Assembly: GCA_907165135.1 (NCBI GenBank)
Contig: OU015566.1
Span: 1,178,001-1,242,000, forward strand
DNA from: Oikopleura dioica
Lineage: Eukaryota > Animalia > Chordata
DNA: 64,000 nucleotides
Direction: 5' to 3'
The position numbers were made by a program, and so were the translations under genes. The notes beneath the pieces were generated by a model. It saw only the letters and a list, made by a program, of their open reading frames with translations, made no database searches and was not told where the DNA came from. Positions within the stretch are counted from its first letter, which is position 1; each line of letters opens with the position of its first letter. This document shows, piece after piece, positions 43,824-55,512 of the stretch.

Positions 43824-46800
43824 TAGAGAAGTACATCTCTTGAGTCGATTTTCTTCGCCACCTGTGAACTTGACGCAAGAAACGGTATCCTTAGCTGTAG
43901 TAGGGAGGGACGATTGACACGTACCCCAACGGGATCGTCAGTTCTGTTGGCAAAATACGAAAGATTGGGACGGCTTAAGAGACTCGAGTGGATATAGATT
44001 GTTATCTCCTAAATTGCTCTCGGAAATATTTAAATATAGTTGTTTTTATCTCCATTTTGGTTTGGTATAAGAAGTTTTCTTAACATTTCGACAAAGTCTC
44101 TCATTAAATCGAGTAATTTTCGGTTGAATGACCGTCGATAATGACGAATTCAAGCTGCGAAAACGCAAGAAAACGAGGTTTTTTGAACGAAGAAAAATGG
44201 TACTTTGAGAGAATCGATGACTACTCACGATTTGGCAGTGAGATTTGACTAATGGAAGGACTCTTTTTGGAGAGGAGCTCTCCAAAGTGTTTATCGAATT
44301 AGCGAGGATTGAGGAGTGGGAGTTATGCGCCACGGTGGGAACATCTTGAGTAACTGTTCTAAATAGTTGGTCATCGAATGAGGACAGTTTCTTTCTAATC
44401 TGGACTTGGTGAGAGTGCCGCGTCACCTCGGACAGTCTCAGACGCTAGAAATAACGTGAACCTGACAGTTTCAAAAGAGGACACCGACCAAAATTTACTG
44501 CTTTGTGAACAAAAAAAAAATTCTTGCTCAAAAAGATGTTTTTCAACAAAGAAATAAAATTTTTAAAATGGAGATTTTTCAAATTTGATTTTTATTTTAA
44601 AGACTTTAAAATATTTATTAATTCAAGGCGATGGCACTTTATTAGCCCTAATTGAGCAGTCTGAAGGAGAAAATCAACCTGTTGTTATTTTAATTTTGGG
44701 TTCACAACATTCTTTGAATTCATGGCACTTTTTATGCACCTTTCGACTCTGAAAAAAAATGCGGTAAAGTTCGGTTCATTTTAGAGCTTTCAAAATCCCT
44801 TGTTTTCGCCGACCCGACCCTTCACCTTTCGTTGTTGAGAGTTCTTTTTAAAGACATGTATTAGCAACGTGGCTAAAAGTAGACCAAAAATAGATAAAGA
44901 GGACAGCATGGTTTGATGACACTGGAGCTTCGAGTACTTTTCACTTTCCGTTTGTTTTTTCATCACCGCAATAGATCGAAAAAGGGGACGCTTTTTTGAG
45001 TGACTAAGGCGAAAAGAGTCCTTTCTATTTATTTTTACTAAAAACATTTTTTATTTTTTAAAAAATAAATAAATATTTATTACAAAATTTTGAGTCGAAA
45101 AACTGATAATTTTTATTATTCGAAATCGACCAAAAACGGGATGTTTTCGTGCCTTATCTGATTTTACCCGAGAAAGTTCAAGCCAAAAAGCGACCGGAGT
45201 TATCCTAAAATTACAAGTATAAATTGCTCATTACGAAAAGTCACAGATTTCGGAAGAACCCAGTCTTTGTGCTTGATGCAACGTTTGACTGATTTCTTTT
45301 TAATGGGCGGCGTGGTTGACTCTTTTCGAGCTCCCCGCCAATTGTGGCTGGAACTCTCCGCTTCCTGCTCATACAATACGCTCTCATTCGTTTTTCATTT
45401 CGAAAAAAAAATATCATATTAAGAAAATTAAAAACTTAAATTTAAAATAAAAACAATATTTTATAAATTAAAAAAAATATTTTAATATTATATATAAATA
45501 TATAATATAATAATAATTAATTATAATATAATATAATTATATATAAATATATAATATAATTATATAATATTGTTATAAATATAATTTTTAGATATTTTTT
45601 TTAAATTTTTTCTTAACTTTTTTTTCTTTATTTTTCTATTTTCTTTTAATTCAATTTTTAAATTTTTTTTTCTAAAACTAAAAGGCAAGCAATCAGCGAG
45701 TGAAAATGGTTGAGCGCAGCTGTTAGATCACATTTCTGATGAAACATTTGGTTGTGCAAATTAAGCAACCGCACGTGATAGTACGGATGGACAGAATCTG
45801 CCCAACGAGGTTTGTAACTGTTGATTTAGGCGAAGACTTCTCAAAATCTAGAATTTTATGGCTTTGGGAAAGACGCCTCTAAAATTTTGATAAGAAATAT
45901 ATTCGATAAATTTTAAAAGCTACGAAATTTAAAAATATCGTCTCTGAGGCTTTGCATAAGAAAAATTTCCCTTACATGAGGTCTTAAGTTTGTTGAACAG
46001 AATTTTGAAGGATTCTAAATCAAGAGTGTTCAGATCCTCACGGAATCACTTGATCTTTGCCGATGTCAAACATGACTTCTTTGACTCTTCTGTCAACCCT
46101 GGAATCCTTGTCGGATGACTTTTTCGAGATTTTCTTAATCTTGAAATCTTTAAATCATGATAACCCTAACCCAAAAAAGTTATCCAATGTTCAACTTACT
46201 TTTTCGCATGTTTCCGAGAACGGAGAATTCAAGCTGAAGAAAAGAAAATCATCTTTTCGGGGGCAAAAATGCAGTTGACAGGATGATTTGGCTCAACAGA
46301 ATTTTTCAAATGCCTAAGGTACCTTGCGTCGTACTCGGCGATTTCCGATTACAAGGTGGCAGATATTTATAACACGTCAAAAACGGAATTCCCAGAACAA
46401 GCCTTTCTTACGAAGGAGTCGAAAGTTTTGTGTAAAAAGAGTTTTATCATTGCCAAAGACTTCGTATATTTTAATTTTACCATTTTTTATGATGATATTT
46501 TTCATTATTTTAGGAAAATTGGGGGTTTTCGATGAAAAATTCCGTGAAAAAAATTTTCAAAAATTGAAATTTTAGCTTTTTTAAGAAATAAATAAAGGTC
46601 TAAACTTTGTGGTTCCGAAGTAAAATAAGGGTGTCACAATGTAAAATTTTGAAGAAAAAGCTGCAGCCAAATGGCTATTCTTGACATCTACTACCTTAAA
46701 TCGGGAATAATTTTTTATGATGGTGTTCTATTTTAGGTAAAAAATCTCTATATTTAAGGGTGCCCCCTCTTTTTTCTATAAACATCTTAAAAATCACTTC

Positions 46801-49800
46801 CGTAAAGATGCGAAGAAATCTAAGCCCGAGTTGTTTAATAAATTTTCTCAAAAGCGTGCTCGAAAAATCTTCTCAAATCACGTTTTTCGCGGAAGCTTTA
46901 GAAAATAACAGTCAGGTTATTCAAACTGATAAGAGCGCAATTTGTGAACGGAAACGAGCTAACCCGACGATTTATGTTCGCCACGAGGGTCTTAATTTAG
47001 AAGGAGGGCGTTTTTGAATTGCAAATTTGATGAGTTCTAGGGCATGCTATGTGAGTTCTTGAGCCACTTAAGGGGGTAGATATCAAGAATTGCCATTTGG
47101 CTGCAGTTTTTTCTCTTAAATTTTACATAGTGACACCCTTATTTTACTTCGGAAACAATAAGAAAAGACCTTTATCTATTTCCTATGAAAGCCAAAATAT
47201 AAAATTTCGAAAAAAATTTTTCTTAGAATTTTTCATCAAAGATTACTAACTTTCCTAAAATACTCATTTTGAGGACAGCTACTAGACTAGGATTGTTGTA
47301 CCTCAAAATCTCAAGAAATTTAAATATTTGGCTTCAATAGAAAATAGATAATTGTCTGAAATGATTTTCGAGCATAAAAATTAAGGGGGTCACTATGTTA
47401 AAATTGGAAAGTAGACTGCAAAGAAATTCTTGATATATACCCCTATAAAGGAAAAAATATTGTTGAAAAGATTCTGTATTGAAAAGAAACCAGTTTCGAA
47501 TCAATTATAAAATCTTTTGCTGACCTTTTCTTTCAATCATCCAAAAAAAGCTGTCTAGAATTTTCAAATCTTACAAAATCCACCTTTTTTAAAAGAAAAA
47601 ATTGTCCATTTTCAGCCTCAGCTGGACGACCCGGTCGACTTTTTCTGTGCTGATTTTGCGCAAAATTCATGAAAATTACACGTGTCTTTACGGAAGAGAA
47701 ATTAAGGGTAGACCTTTCGACAGGAGCGCGGGGCCGGGCGTGGCGCAGAAATTAGGAAAGAAGATCAGACGTTAGAAGGGGCAATTTTTACTCATTTACG
47801 GAAACGAATAAATGAAAATGATACTTTCAGCAGACCGCAGCGTGGAGAAGTCTGGAGATGAAAAGGAGGGGAAATAGAAATCGCTCTCGGAAGATATTAG
47901 TTGGCACGAAAACTGCGCTTAGTTGGTGAATATATATTACAGTAATATATTTGGAGAGGGCCAAACTCAGGACTCACCTTTTGCTCTTGAAATTTTGCTG
48001 ATTTAACCGCTTTTTCGATTTTGGCTATCGAGTAAACTCCCTTATCGAAAGCCATAATAGCTGCGGTAAGAGTTGTTGTTGAAAACGTGGGAGATATGAT
48101 ACGCTATCTTTGGTGATCCTTGTTCATTCGCTCGGGCAGTAGCACCCTCTAATGATCAAGTAAAAGCTCTTTTGATAAGAGGAACTTTATTTGTACTTTA
48201 GAAAAGGACCTTGAAAGGTCATTTTTCGAGGCTTCTCTAGGTATGCAAATCCTCCCCTTTCTTTGGCCCTTGTTATTTTCTTGAGGTCCCTAAAGCTTAT
48301 TTTGAAACTCCGCTGATCCTTCTTTTCTTTTTAAAAAGACGTCACTTGCAACTTGCAAATCCCTCCTTCTGATTTCACAAATTTCAAAGTCGCAAAAAGT
48401 CAAACTCCAGTAATTATTCCTCCTCAACGTCATTACATAGTACGGTACGCATGTAGAGAGCATGTGACATGTGACATTCTGCATATTGACATTTGTAAGT
48501 TCTAGAAGTCGTTTCTCATCTTGGCGGAGACATCGCTGGAACATCTTCTTCCGAGAGAGGATGACAGGGCGGAATTATTTTTATTAGCAGAGGGTTGAAT
48601 AATTAAGAAATTTGCTGGCAAAACTAGTCTCGATTTAAAAAGACTTAAGGACCCCCCGTCAGCTTTTTTCGAAAAATCTATCTTCGGAATTTTAAAATTC
48701 TGACCCCGGAAATGGATTCTACGGGTCAAAAAACGATTTTGACGCTTCATTTTTTGGGGGTCTATCTCGACTCTAACACCCTCAAAATCGCATTTGAAAA
48801 TTGGACTTTTCGCCGAAAATTGACGAATTTGCCCCAATATTGGCAAAAATATTGATTTTTCTTGGTCGAAACTTCATCACATCAAGTTTTCGTAACAAGT
48901 TCAACCTTAGGACGCATTAAGGTGGTAGAAACAGCTTTTTTGAAAAAAGCCGATTTTTGAACAGCGCCCTAGCTCAGCCAACCTTAGATTTTTAAATTCT
49001 CTCGTCAATTTTAGTTAGATCTATCTTAGATCTAAAAGCATCTGTTTTGAAAATTATTTTTTGCTAAGACAGTTTAGCGCTAGAGAGCGAAACATCAACC
49101 CATCTCGTCAAAAGTCCCGATTTTTGCTCATTTTCAAGCACAATTATCTCGAATCATGTGATGGACCGAGAATTTCAAATTTCATTTTGAGATAGTTCAA
49201 CCCTTTTTCTAGGAGCATCTATGATTGAAATTGCCTTTTTATAAAAATTGATAATGCAATCAAAGCGTTTGAAAATCGAAAGTCGAAAATCACGAATTCG
49301 TGAAAATCAAGGAAGAAAAATTCGAAAACCCGTTAACATTGTTAAATATAATTGTTCTTACGAATCAGATAATTCAATAAATATACGGAATATGCTTTCT
49401 TATCAAAAAAAATCGTAAAAATATGATTTTGAACGGTATTTTTTCACTGAAAAAACTCGCGCATCAACGCGCAACGCAGGATTCAATGAATCTAAAATCG
49501 ATTTTTTCTCGATTCTGATTAGCGAACGAAAAAAGTTATAATGATAAGATTTGTTGTGCATGAGCTAAGCTTTCAGAATCGACAAAGAAAAATTTGTAAA
49601 TCCTACATTCAAAAAAGCTGTTTCTACCCCCAACCAAAAATATGGTGTTTTTAAAAATTTCAATTTTTCGAACGAAAAAGCTGACGGGGGTCCTTAAGGG
49701 TGTCCCAACCGAGTTTTTTACTAGTTCAAATACATTGTTGGGGATACCCTTAAAAGTCATTTTGGGAGACCCTTCAGTTTAAAGGTCGTAGCACCTTTTA

Positions 49801-52800
49801 TTTACGGCTTTTAAATCCCATCCTAAACCTCTCTCTAGCCGGTAGCAAGTAATTTATGCGCCTAAGTTTCGAGTGTCTCTCAGAAAAATACAGAAAACGA
49901 CACGAGGACGACTTCCGTCTATTCACCAAAAAGAGAGTCAGCCTCAAAGTTCATTGGGTTTTGAGAGCTTGACTTGGTGATGTTTGAAGATTGGTCTCTT
50001 GAATAATGAGATCGGGCGAATTGAATATGTACGACCACGAAAAGATAAGGGCGTATAATTACTTCCAGAGGTCAACTTGAAGTTTCTAACGAATAAGCTT
50101 CAAGTTTTTCAATAAAGAACTCGAAAAGAAGGTTTCTTAGAGAGAAGAAATTGCAGTAAAAATCAAGATTTTGTTAATTTCACACCTTTTTTGAGACTTC
50201 GTGGTCTCAATTTTGCGGTGAGAAAACACCATTTTGCTAGAGCACCACAAAATGCCAGCTTTTCAAAAATTGATTCGAACACCGGCTTGGCCAGCATACG
50301 AATTAAATTTTTCAGAAAATTAAATTGAATCTTCGCGAAAGAATTTGTCTAATTGGATTTTCAGAAGTGCATCGTGAGTCGTTATCAAATCAAGCGAATA
50401 AGAAAACGACGATAATTTTTATGGGCGTCTCGACGATAATTGATCATTGGAAGAAGACCCTCGAAGACAGACTTGAAGTGTTATGTAATCAAGAAAACCG
50501 TGATAACTTCAAATTTGGGCGGTTTGTTATTTCTTAGCTCAGCTGATGGAGCCCTCTAGGAGATCGGCTGAGGGTCCACGTGGTCCAGCTTGTAATGAGC
50601 CCCCGTTATCTAAAGCACTCTTCCTTCTTCGCGGCGTTTATCGGTTGTTCTCTGTTTTAGAAAATCATCAAAGAAATCACCAAATTTAAAATTTCATAAG
50701 AAATTATTTCAAATTTTTTTTTCCTTGATCTTTTAATCAGAACCACTCATTTTTGAAAATTGATATTGAATCTTGCCTTTGAAGGTGAAGAAATTCTTCA
50801 GGTAAAATAGTTCCAATTCTTCAGAGACTTCCAAGGCGCGGGAATGTTTTTCTTGAATTTGGCGGTTTTCGCGTTCAAAAGGAAATTAACATTTTTCGGT
50901 TTTGACGGAACGTTTCTTTTCCACGGTGGATTTCGACCACGGCAATTGACCTACAAAGGTAAATTCAAAAATTGACCACATTGGTTTGTTATTCGCGGAA
51001 AACAACAAACGGTTGTGTTGAATGATTTGCATTATTATAATTTTGAGAATTTCAGAAATCAAAAATTCAGCATTTTAAGTGTTTCCAGAAAAGCTGAGGT
51101 GGCGAATAAGCAGATTTTGGGCCATTTGAATTGCTGATTATTCGGAAAAACTGAAGATATTCTGAATAAATTTCCAGCAAGCCATTATTTACAAACTACG
51201 AGCGCTGACTCAAGCTTAACATCTGAAATTCCGATCGCGCGAAAACGTGGGGTAATAATTTTCCACGATAAGAGTCCTTCATCTTGCCCAAAATGTGCAT
51301 CGCGCCTCATTTGACCTGTTCAAGTATTTTCTGACGCACGAAACCTAACGAGCCTGTTTCACCACGGCGCCAGGGCTAATGGGGTCAGCTTTTTGTTGCC
51401 ACGAAAAAAGAGGGGCAAAATATTTATCAGCAAAAATGAACCATTTTTGGCCGAATTCTAAGGCATTATTACCGGAATTTTTGGGTTGGGCGGATGGTTT
51501 TTGACCATGAACAGGAGAAGATCGGTATTTCCGTCAGCAAGAGGGTCTGAATAGCACGGAAATTCCGGTATCTTAGTTCTATTTTTAAACTTGTTTTCGA
51601 AAAATATTTTGTTTTTTTGAGGTTGTCTGGAACCGACAAAAAAAAATTTCGAGAAATTTTGCGTGGGCGGCAACTCGGCTGCTGATAAGCCGGTTTGCCG
51701 AATCAAGGTTTCTGATTGGTTGAAAATTTCCACGCAAAATTTGTCGAAATTTTTCGTCGGTTCCAGACACCTCCCGATTTTTATCGCAAAAATTGGTTGA
51801 AAATTCTTAAAAAGGTCAAAAAAACGAGAAAAAGAAAAAAATGTCAAAATCAGCATTTCTAAAAAAAGCGTGAAATTATTGCTCGTTTGTCGATTACTCG
51901 TCAGCTCGGGCCAAACACTTCAATTTCCTCGGGAAAGAAGGTTAGTGTATCCGATAACGCGACATCGTGGCATAAATATTGAAGAAAACGGGGTCATCTT
52001 TTGGTCTGTTTCTTGAGATCATCCTGGCCATGGTTTGTCATCGATCCAAAAATTACCTTTTTTCTAAAAATATTTTAGCTCATCTGTTCTCGAGGTCCAA
52101 ACATTATTTTTAAGCTTTTTTGGGGAGGGCTAAAGATTGTAGCTAAAGACTGTTGATGTCTCCCCTTGGCTGATCTGGAATGAGTTCGATTATCTGGAAA
52201 TATTTTGAGAAAAACTTACGCCGCACTTGATAACTTCATAATGTTTTTCGGGATGAGGGGCAGTTCCATATCTTAGCCCCTCACTTGCCGACATCGATTT
52301 TCAGAAGAGACATGCACAAGTGCAAGTGTTAATTTTTCTTTTAAAAGATTTTGTTGGCCAAATTTTTAGGGGAAATTTCCATAATTTTAAGGGTATCTGC
52401 ATATAATTATATTTTGAATCAAAAATTGACGATTTGCTTTTGATAACTTAAGGGTATCAACAAGATGACTCATTTTAGCTCTAGAACTTTTCATGCGCTA
52501 AATAAAGTTAATAAAATCTTATTGGTTCCTAAGGGTATACTGGGAGAAAACGCTGTTTTAAAATTGCGACAAGCCGATGGAGCATCCTTAATTCCGGCTT
52601 CCTGAAAACCTTCTTCCCCAAAATCTTACGCGTTTTCCCCCGATCCAACGTTCAATTAGCCCTACCGTACCCAGCAGCTCCAACATTCGAAGCGGTTCTT
52701 TTTGATAAGACCCTTGTCGCCTTAGTGCGCATCCTCAGACTGACGCGGCGCGGTGCGATTTTCTTTCAATTTGTCGCCTCTTGACTTGAGCACCAATTTT

Positions 52801-55019
52801 TATATCAGCCGAGGAGAAAGTAACAGTAAGCGCCTTTGCTACGCCAGAATTTGGCTGAGACAGAGCTTTTTTAAAAGCGTGCTTTCTCGGAAAAAACTGG
52901 TAATGGAAGCCTTGAATAATAAACCGTTAGTTTCACATCAAAATACAGATGGAAAAATGGGCAAAATGAATAAGATTAACGATTTGGCAATGTTTGTATT
53001 CGTCAAAATAGAAACACGGGACAAGAATATTTTTTAAACAAGGGTGTTGCCCAAAAACATTCCGGCACAAGTTACTTGACTTGGCGGATCCAGGAAGTTA
53101 TGTTTTTTATGACGACAAAATGGAAAGGTCGCGATGTTTACGACTCATGTCAGGGGTTAGGGTTAGTCTTACAAGTAGGGCTTTGAAGCTTTAGCTCCAA
53201 ACAAATTATAAGGGTTGAAAAGAACAGGCAAAAGACATAGATTAATTTGTTGATTTTTTAGTTTTGAACCAATCAGATTCTCGAAAAATCAGATGAAAAA
53301 AGGGGGATGAGTGAAGAACCGACAAAAATCCTAATAAATTTTGCATCGAAATTTTCATTCAATCAGAAGCTTTGAATCGGATCACCAGCCAATCAGCAGC
53401 CGATGAGCCGCCCACGCAAAACTTGTCGTAATTAGTCGTCGATTCCTGCCGCTACCCCGTTTTTAGCCAATAACAGTCAATCAGACCCCATATTTTTCTA
53501 ATACCAATCACAAGTGAAAATTTCTGTCCGCGAATTTCCGTATCAATCAAGTCTTGATTCACAAGAACATACTTAGCGCCGCATTTCCGTAAAACAACTC
53601 GTAATTCAAACCCTTTTAGATCACCCCGTTACTTGTAAATCGGTCATCACTTGCTCCGATTCGCTGCAATTCATCATAATCCCACGTTTTTCCCAGCTGC
53701 ATTTTCGAAAAATAACTCTCACCTTTGAAAACCCCTTCTTCAATCTTTGTTTTGAGGAAATTTCACGAGAAAATTGCAAATTCGAAATTTCTTAATAACA
53801 GGGATTTTTTTAGAAGACAACTTCTTTTAGAGGACATTTGTTAGAACATTTTCTGGGCCGAGCAATTATGGTTTTTTGACTTTTTTTGTCAATTTCTGCG
53901 AAGTTTGAAATGGACCTCTTTGGAGCGCATCTGATCACTTCCGCAATTTTGAGTTTGATGGAGACTTCCTTCTGATGGACTTTTTGGAGAGTTCGAATTT
54001 AGAAAAACAGAAATTACGGAACTTAGATTTCAGGTGAAAAATAAAGAAGAAAGTGGATATTTAAAATATTGCAGTGCTGAAGAAATTCTCAAACGAGAAA
54101 AAATATTTTTCGAGCCGAAAAATTGAATGTTTGAAAAATTTTATCTTGACTTGTCTTGTCACATGTTTTTTTCCTAAAATATATTTGACCTTCTTGGTAA
54201 TTCTAGACACCTTGGCAAAGATTTAAAAAAAAAGGTATTGTCACAACATTAGAAACACAGATAACCTTGTGATACCAAAAGATAATTCAAGCTCATTATA
54301 TGATTCTCCGAAAATAAATTTTTCAGCAAAATGCGCCATCGGGGTTTTCTAATCATCAATTAGTGGTCCCTAACAGAGTTGCAAATTTTGTGAGCTCAGC
54401 TCAGCAATTTTGAGACGTGGGTCAGCTCAGGTCAATTGCTCTTCGAAAGCAGCCAGCTCAGCTCAGTCTTTTGAGCTGACCAAGCTGCAATTTGCAACTC
54501 TGGTCCCCAAATAGTACCAAAAAATAAAGTATAAGGTATAAAGTATCCAAAGAAAAGGAGGTAGTCTACAGGGCTTGTATTTTTAGGATAAATGAGAAAA
54601 AAACTTATTAATGACTTTAAACTTTTTTTTAGCTTTTGAAACTCATAATCTTTCATTTTGCAAAAAAACTTATCTCCAGGCAATTTTCTTCGTGTGAGAA
54701 GTCGCGAACATTATGTAATTATTATGTTTACGTGAGAAAATTGCCCTCTTCTAGGAACTTGGCTGATAAAACCGGGTGTAAGTTAGTTTTAGCGCAGCCA
54801 AAATTAAAAAAATAAAGAAGTTCTTATAGATAAGATTCGTAATAAAATAACAATACGGTAAGGCAATTACAAAAGTTACCTCACGTTTGGAGGATCAAAA
54901 GGGTTCGACGTGGCTCCTCGCTAACAGGAATCGCCGAATCGGCTTCGAAATGGGAATTGAGAGCGCTTTGCTGGGAACGTGCGCGGCGACGAATAAATTT
55001 TTGACTTTTTGAATTCATT
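43822..55019 (-). CDS. Large multi-exon unidentified locus (one or more genes)
   Basis: Many short minus-strand exons with proper donors/acceptors: MNSKSQKFIRRRARSQ..(55019), QLGKTWDYDELQRIG, EFPCYSDPLADGNTDLLLFMVKNHPPNPKIP, RIISPTFSTT..KSAKFQEQK, YKPRWADSVHPYYHVRLLNLHNQMF, ORF 44046..44426, last exon ..KKIDSRDVLL*. I could not assign a family. Confidence 0.45.
45400..45680. repeat. Extremely AT-rich low-complexity tract
   Basis: Near-pure A/T sequence with TATAA-like units. Confidence 0.85.
46505..47460. mobile_element. Two oppositely oriented copies of a TTAA-GG MITE (GGGGTAGATATCAAGAA / ATAGTGACACCCTTATTT)
   Basis: 46505-46700 is a diverged reverse complement of 47067-47260; related fragments at ~5410-5480, 10198-10280 and 61650-61800. 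Confidence 0.7.
48649..49693. mobile_element. Family D MITE interrupted by a nested family C MITE (48921-49631)
   Basis: TTAA|GGACCCCCCGTCAGC ... GCTGACGGGGGTCC|TTAA outer ends; inner TTAA|GGTGGTAGAAACAGC ... GCTGTTTCTACCCCC. Confidence 0.85.
51620..51775. mobile_element. MITE family A copy
   Basis: GGTTGTCTGGAACCGAC ... GTCGGTTCCAGACACCTCCC. Confidence 0.85.
53250..53459. mobile_element. MITE family A, diverged copy
   Basis: GAACCGACAAAAAT..CAATCAGAAGC..CCAATCAGCAGCCG..GCCGCTACCCC. Confidence 0.7.
54374..54502. mobile_element. hAT-like MITE
   Basis: TIR CAGAGTTGCAAATT / AATTTGCAACTCTG; near-perfect 8-bp TSD GTCCCTAA / GTCCCCAA; internal GCTCA repeats. Confidence 0.8.
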
Positions 55020-55512
55020 ATTAGTTTTAATTAGCTAAGCGGTTTTCTGCTTAGCTTGACTAGACGGGACAGGTAGAAGTTCTTCATCTTTTCAAAGAAG
55101 AAAATTTTTTCTCAAAAAAGCCGTTTTTCGGAAGAAAAAAAAAATAAACAAATTTTCTTCTAAATTTTTCGAAAAAATAATTGAAAAAAAATTTGAAATT
55201 TTGACTTCCACCTTGACCATTATTGATAATGGTGCGTTATTGTAACGTGACGTAAAATATTTCCAAAACCCCGACGAACACCAAAATCCTCTTTTGGCGC
55301 GAGACGGAATTCTTTGTTTTGAACACGTTTCTCAAACCATGGTGCTTGTCCTCGCTAGCCAAAGTGGCCATTTGAAAACAACGCGACTGGTTGTTGAGCC
55401 TTAATCGTCTCTTTTAGCGAGAACGAAAAAGTTTCATCTTTGACAAAATCATTGTGAATTGTCAGTCAAACAGAAAAGTTCAAATTTTAGAAATTATATT
55501 GCCTTTCTTGAA

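Noticed and set aside
51480-51570. DLLLFMVKNHP resembling the GT31 galactosyltransferase start motif
   Set aside because: The expected following RRxAIRxTW and DxD motifs were not found in downstream exons.
53153-53167. GGGGTTAGGGTTAG telomere-like words
   Set aside because: Only about two units; expected by chance.
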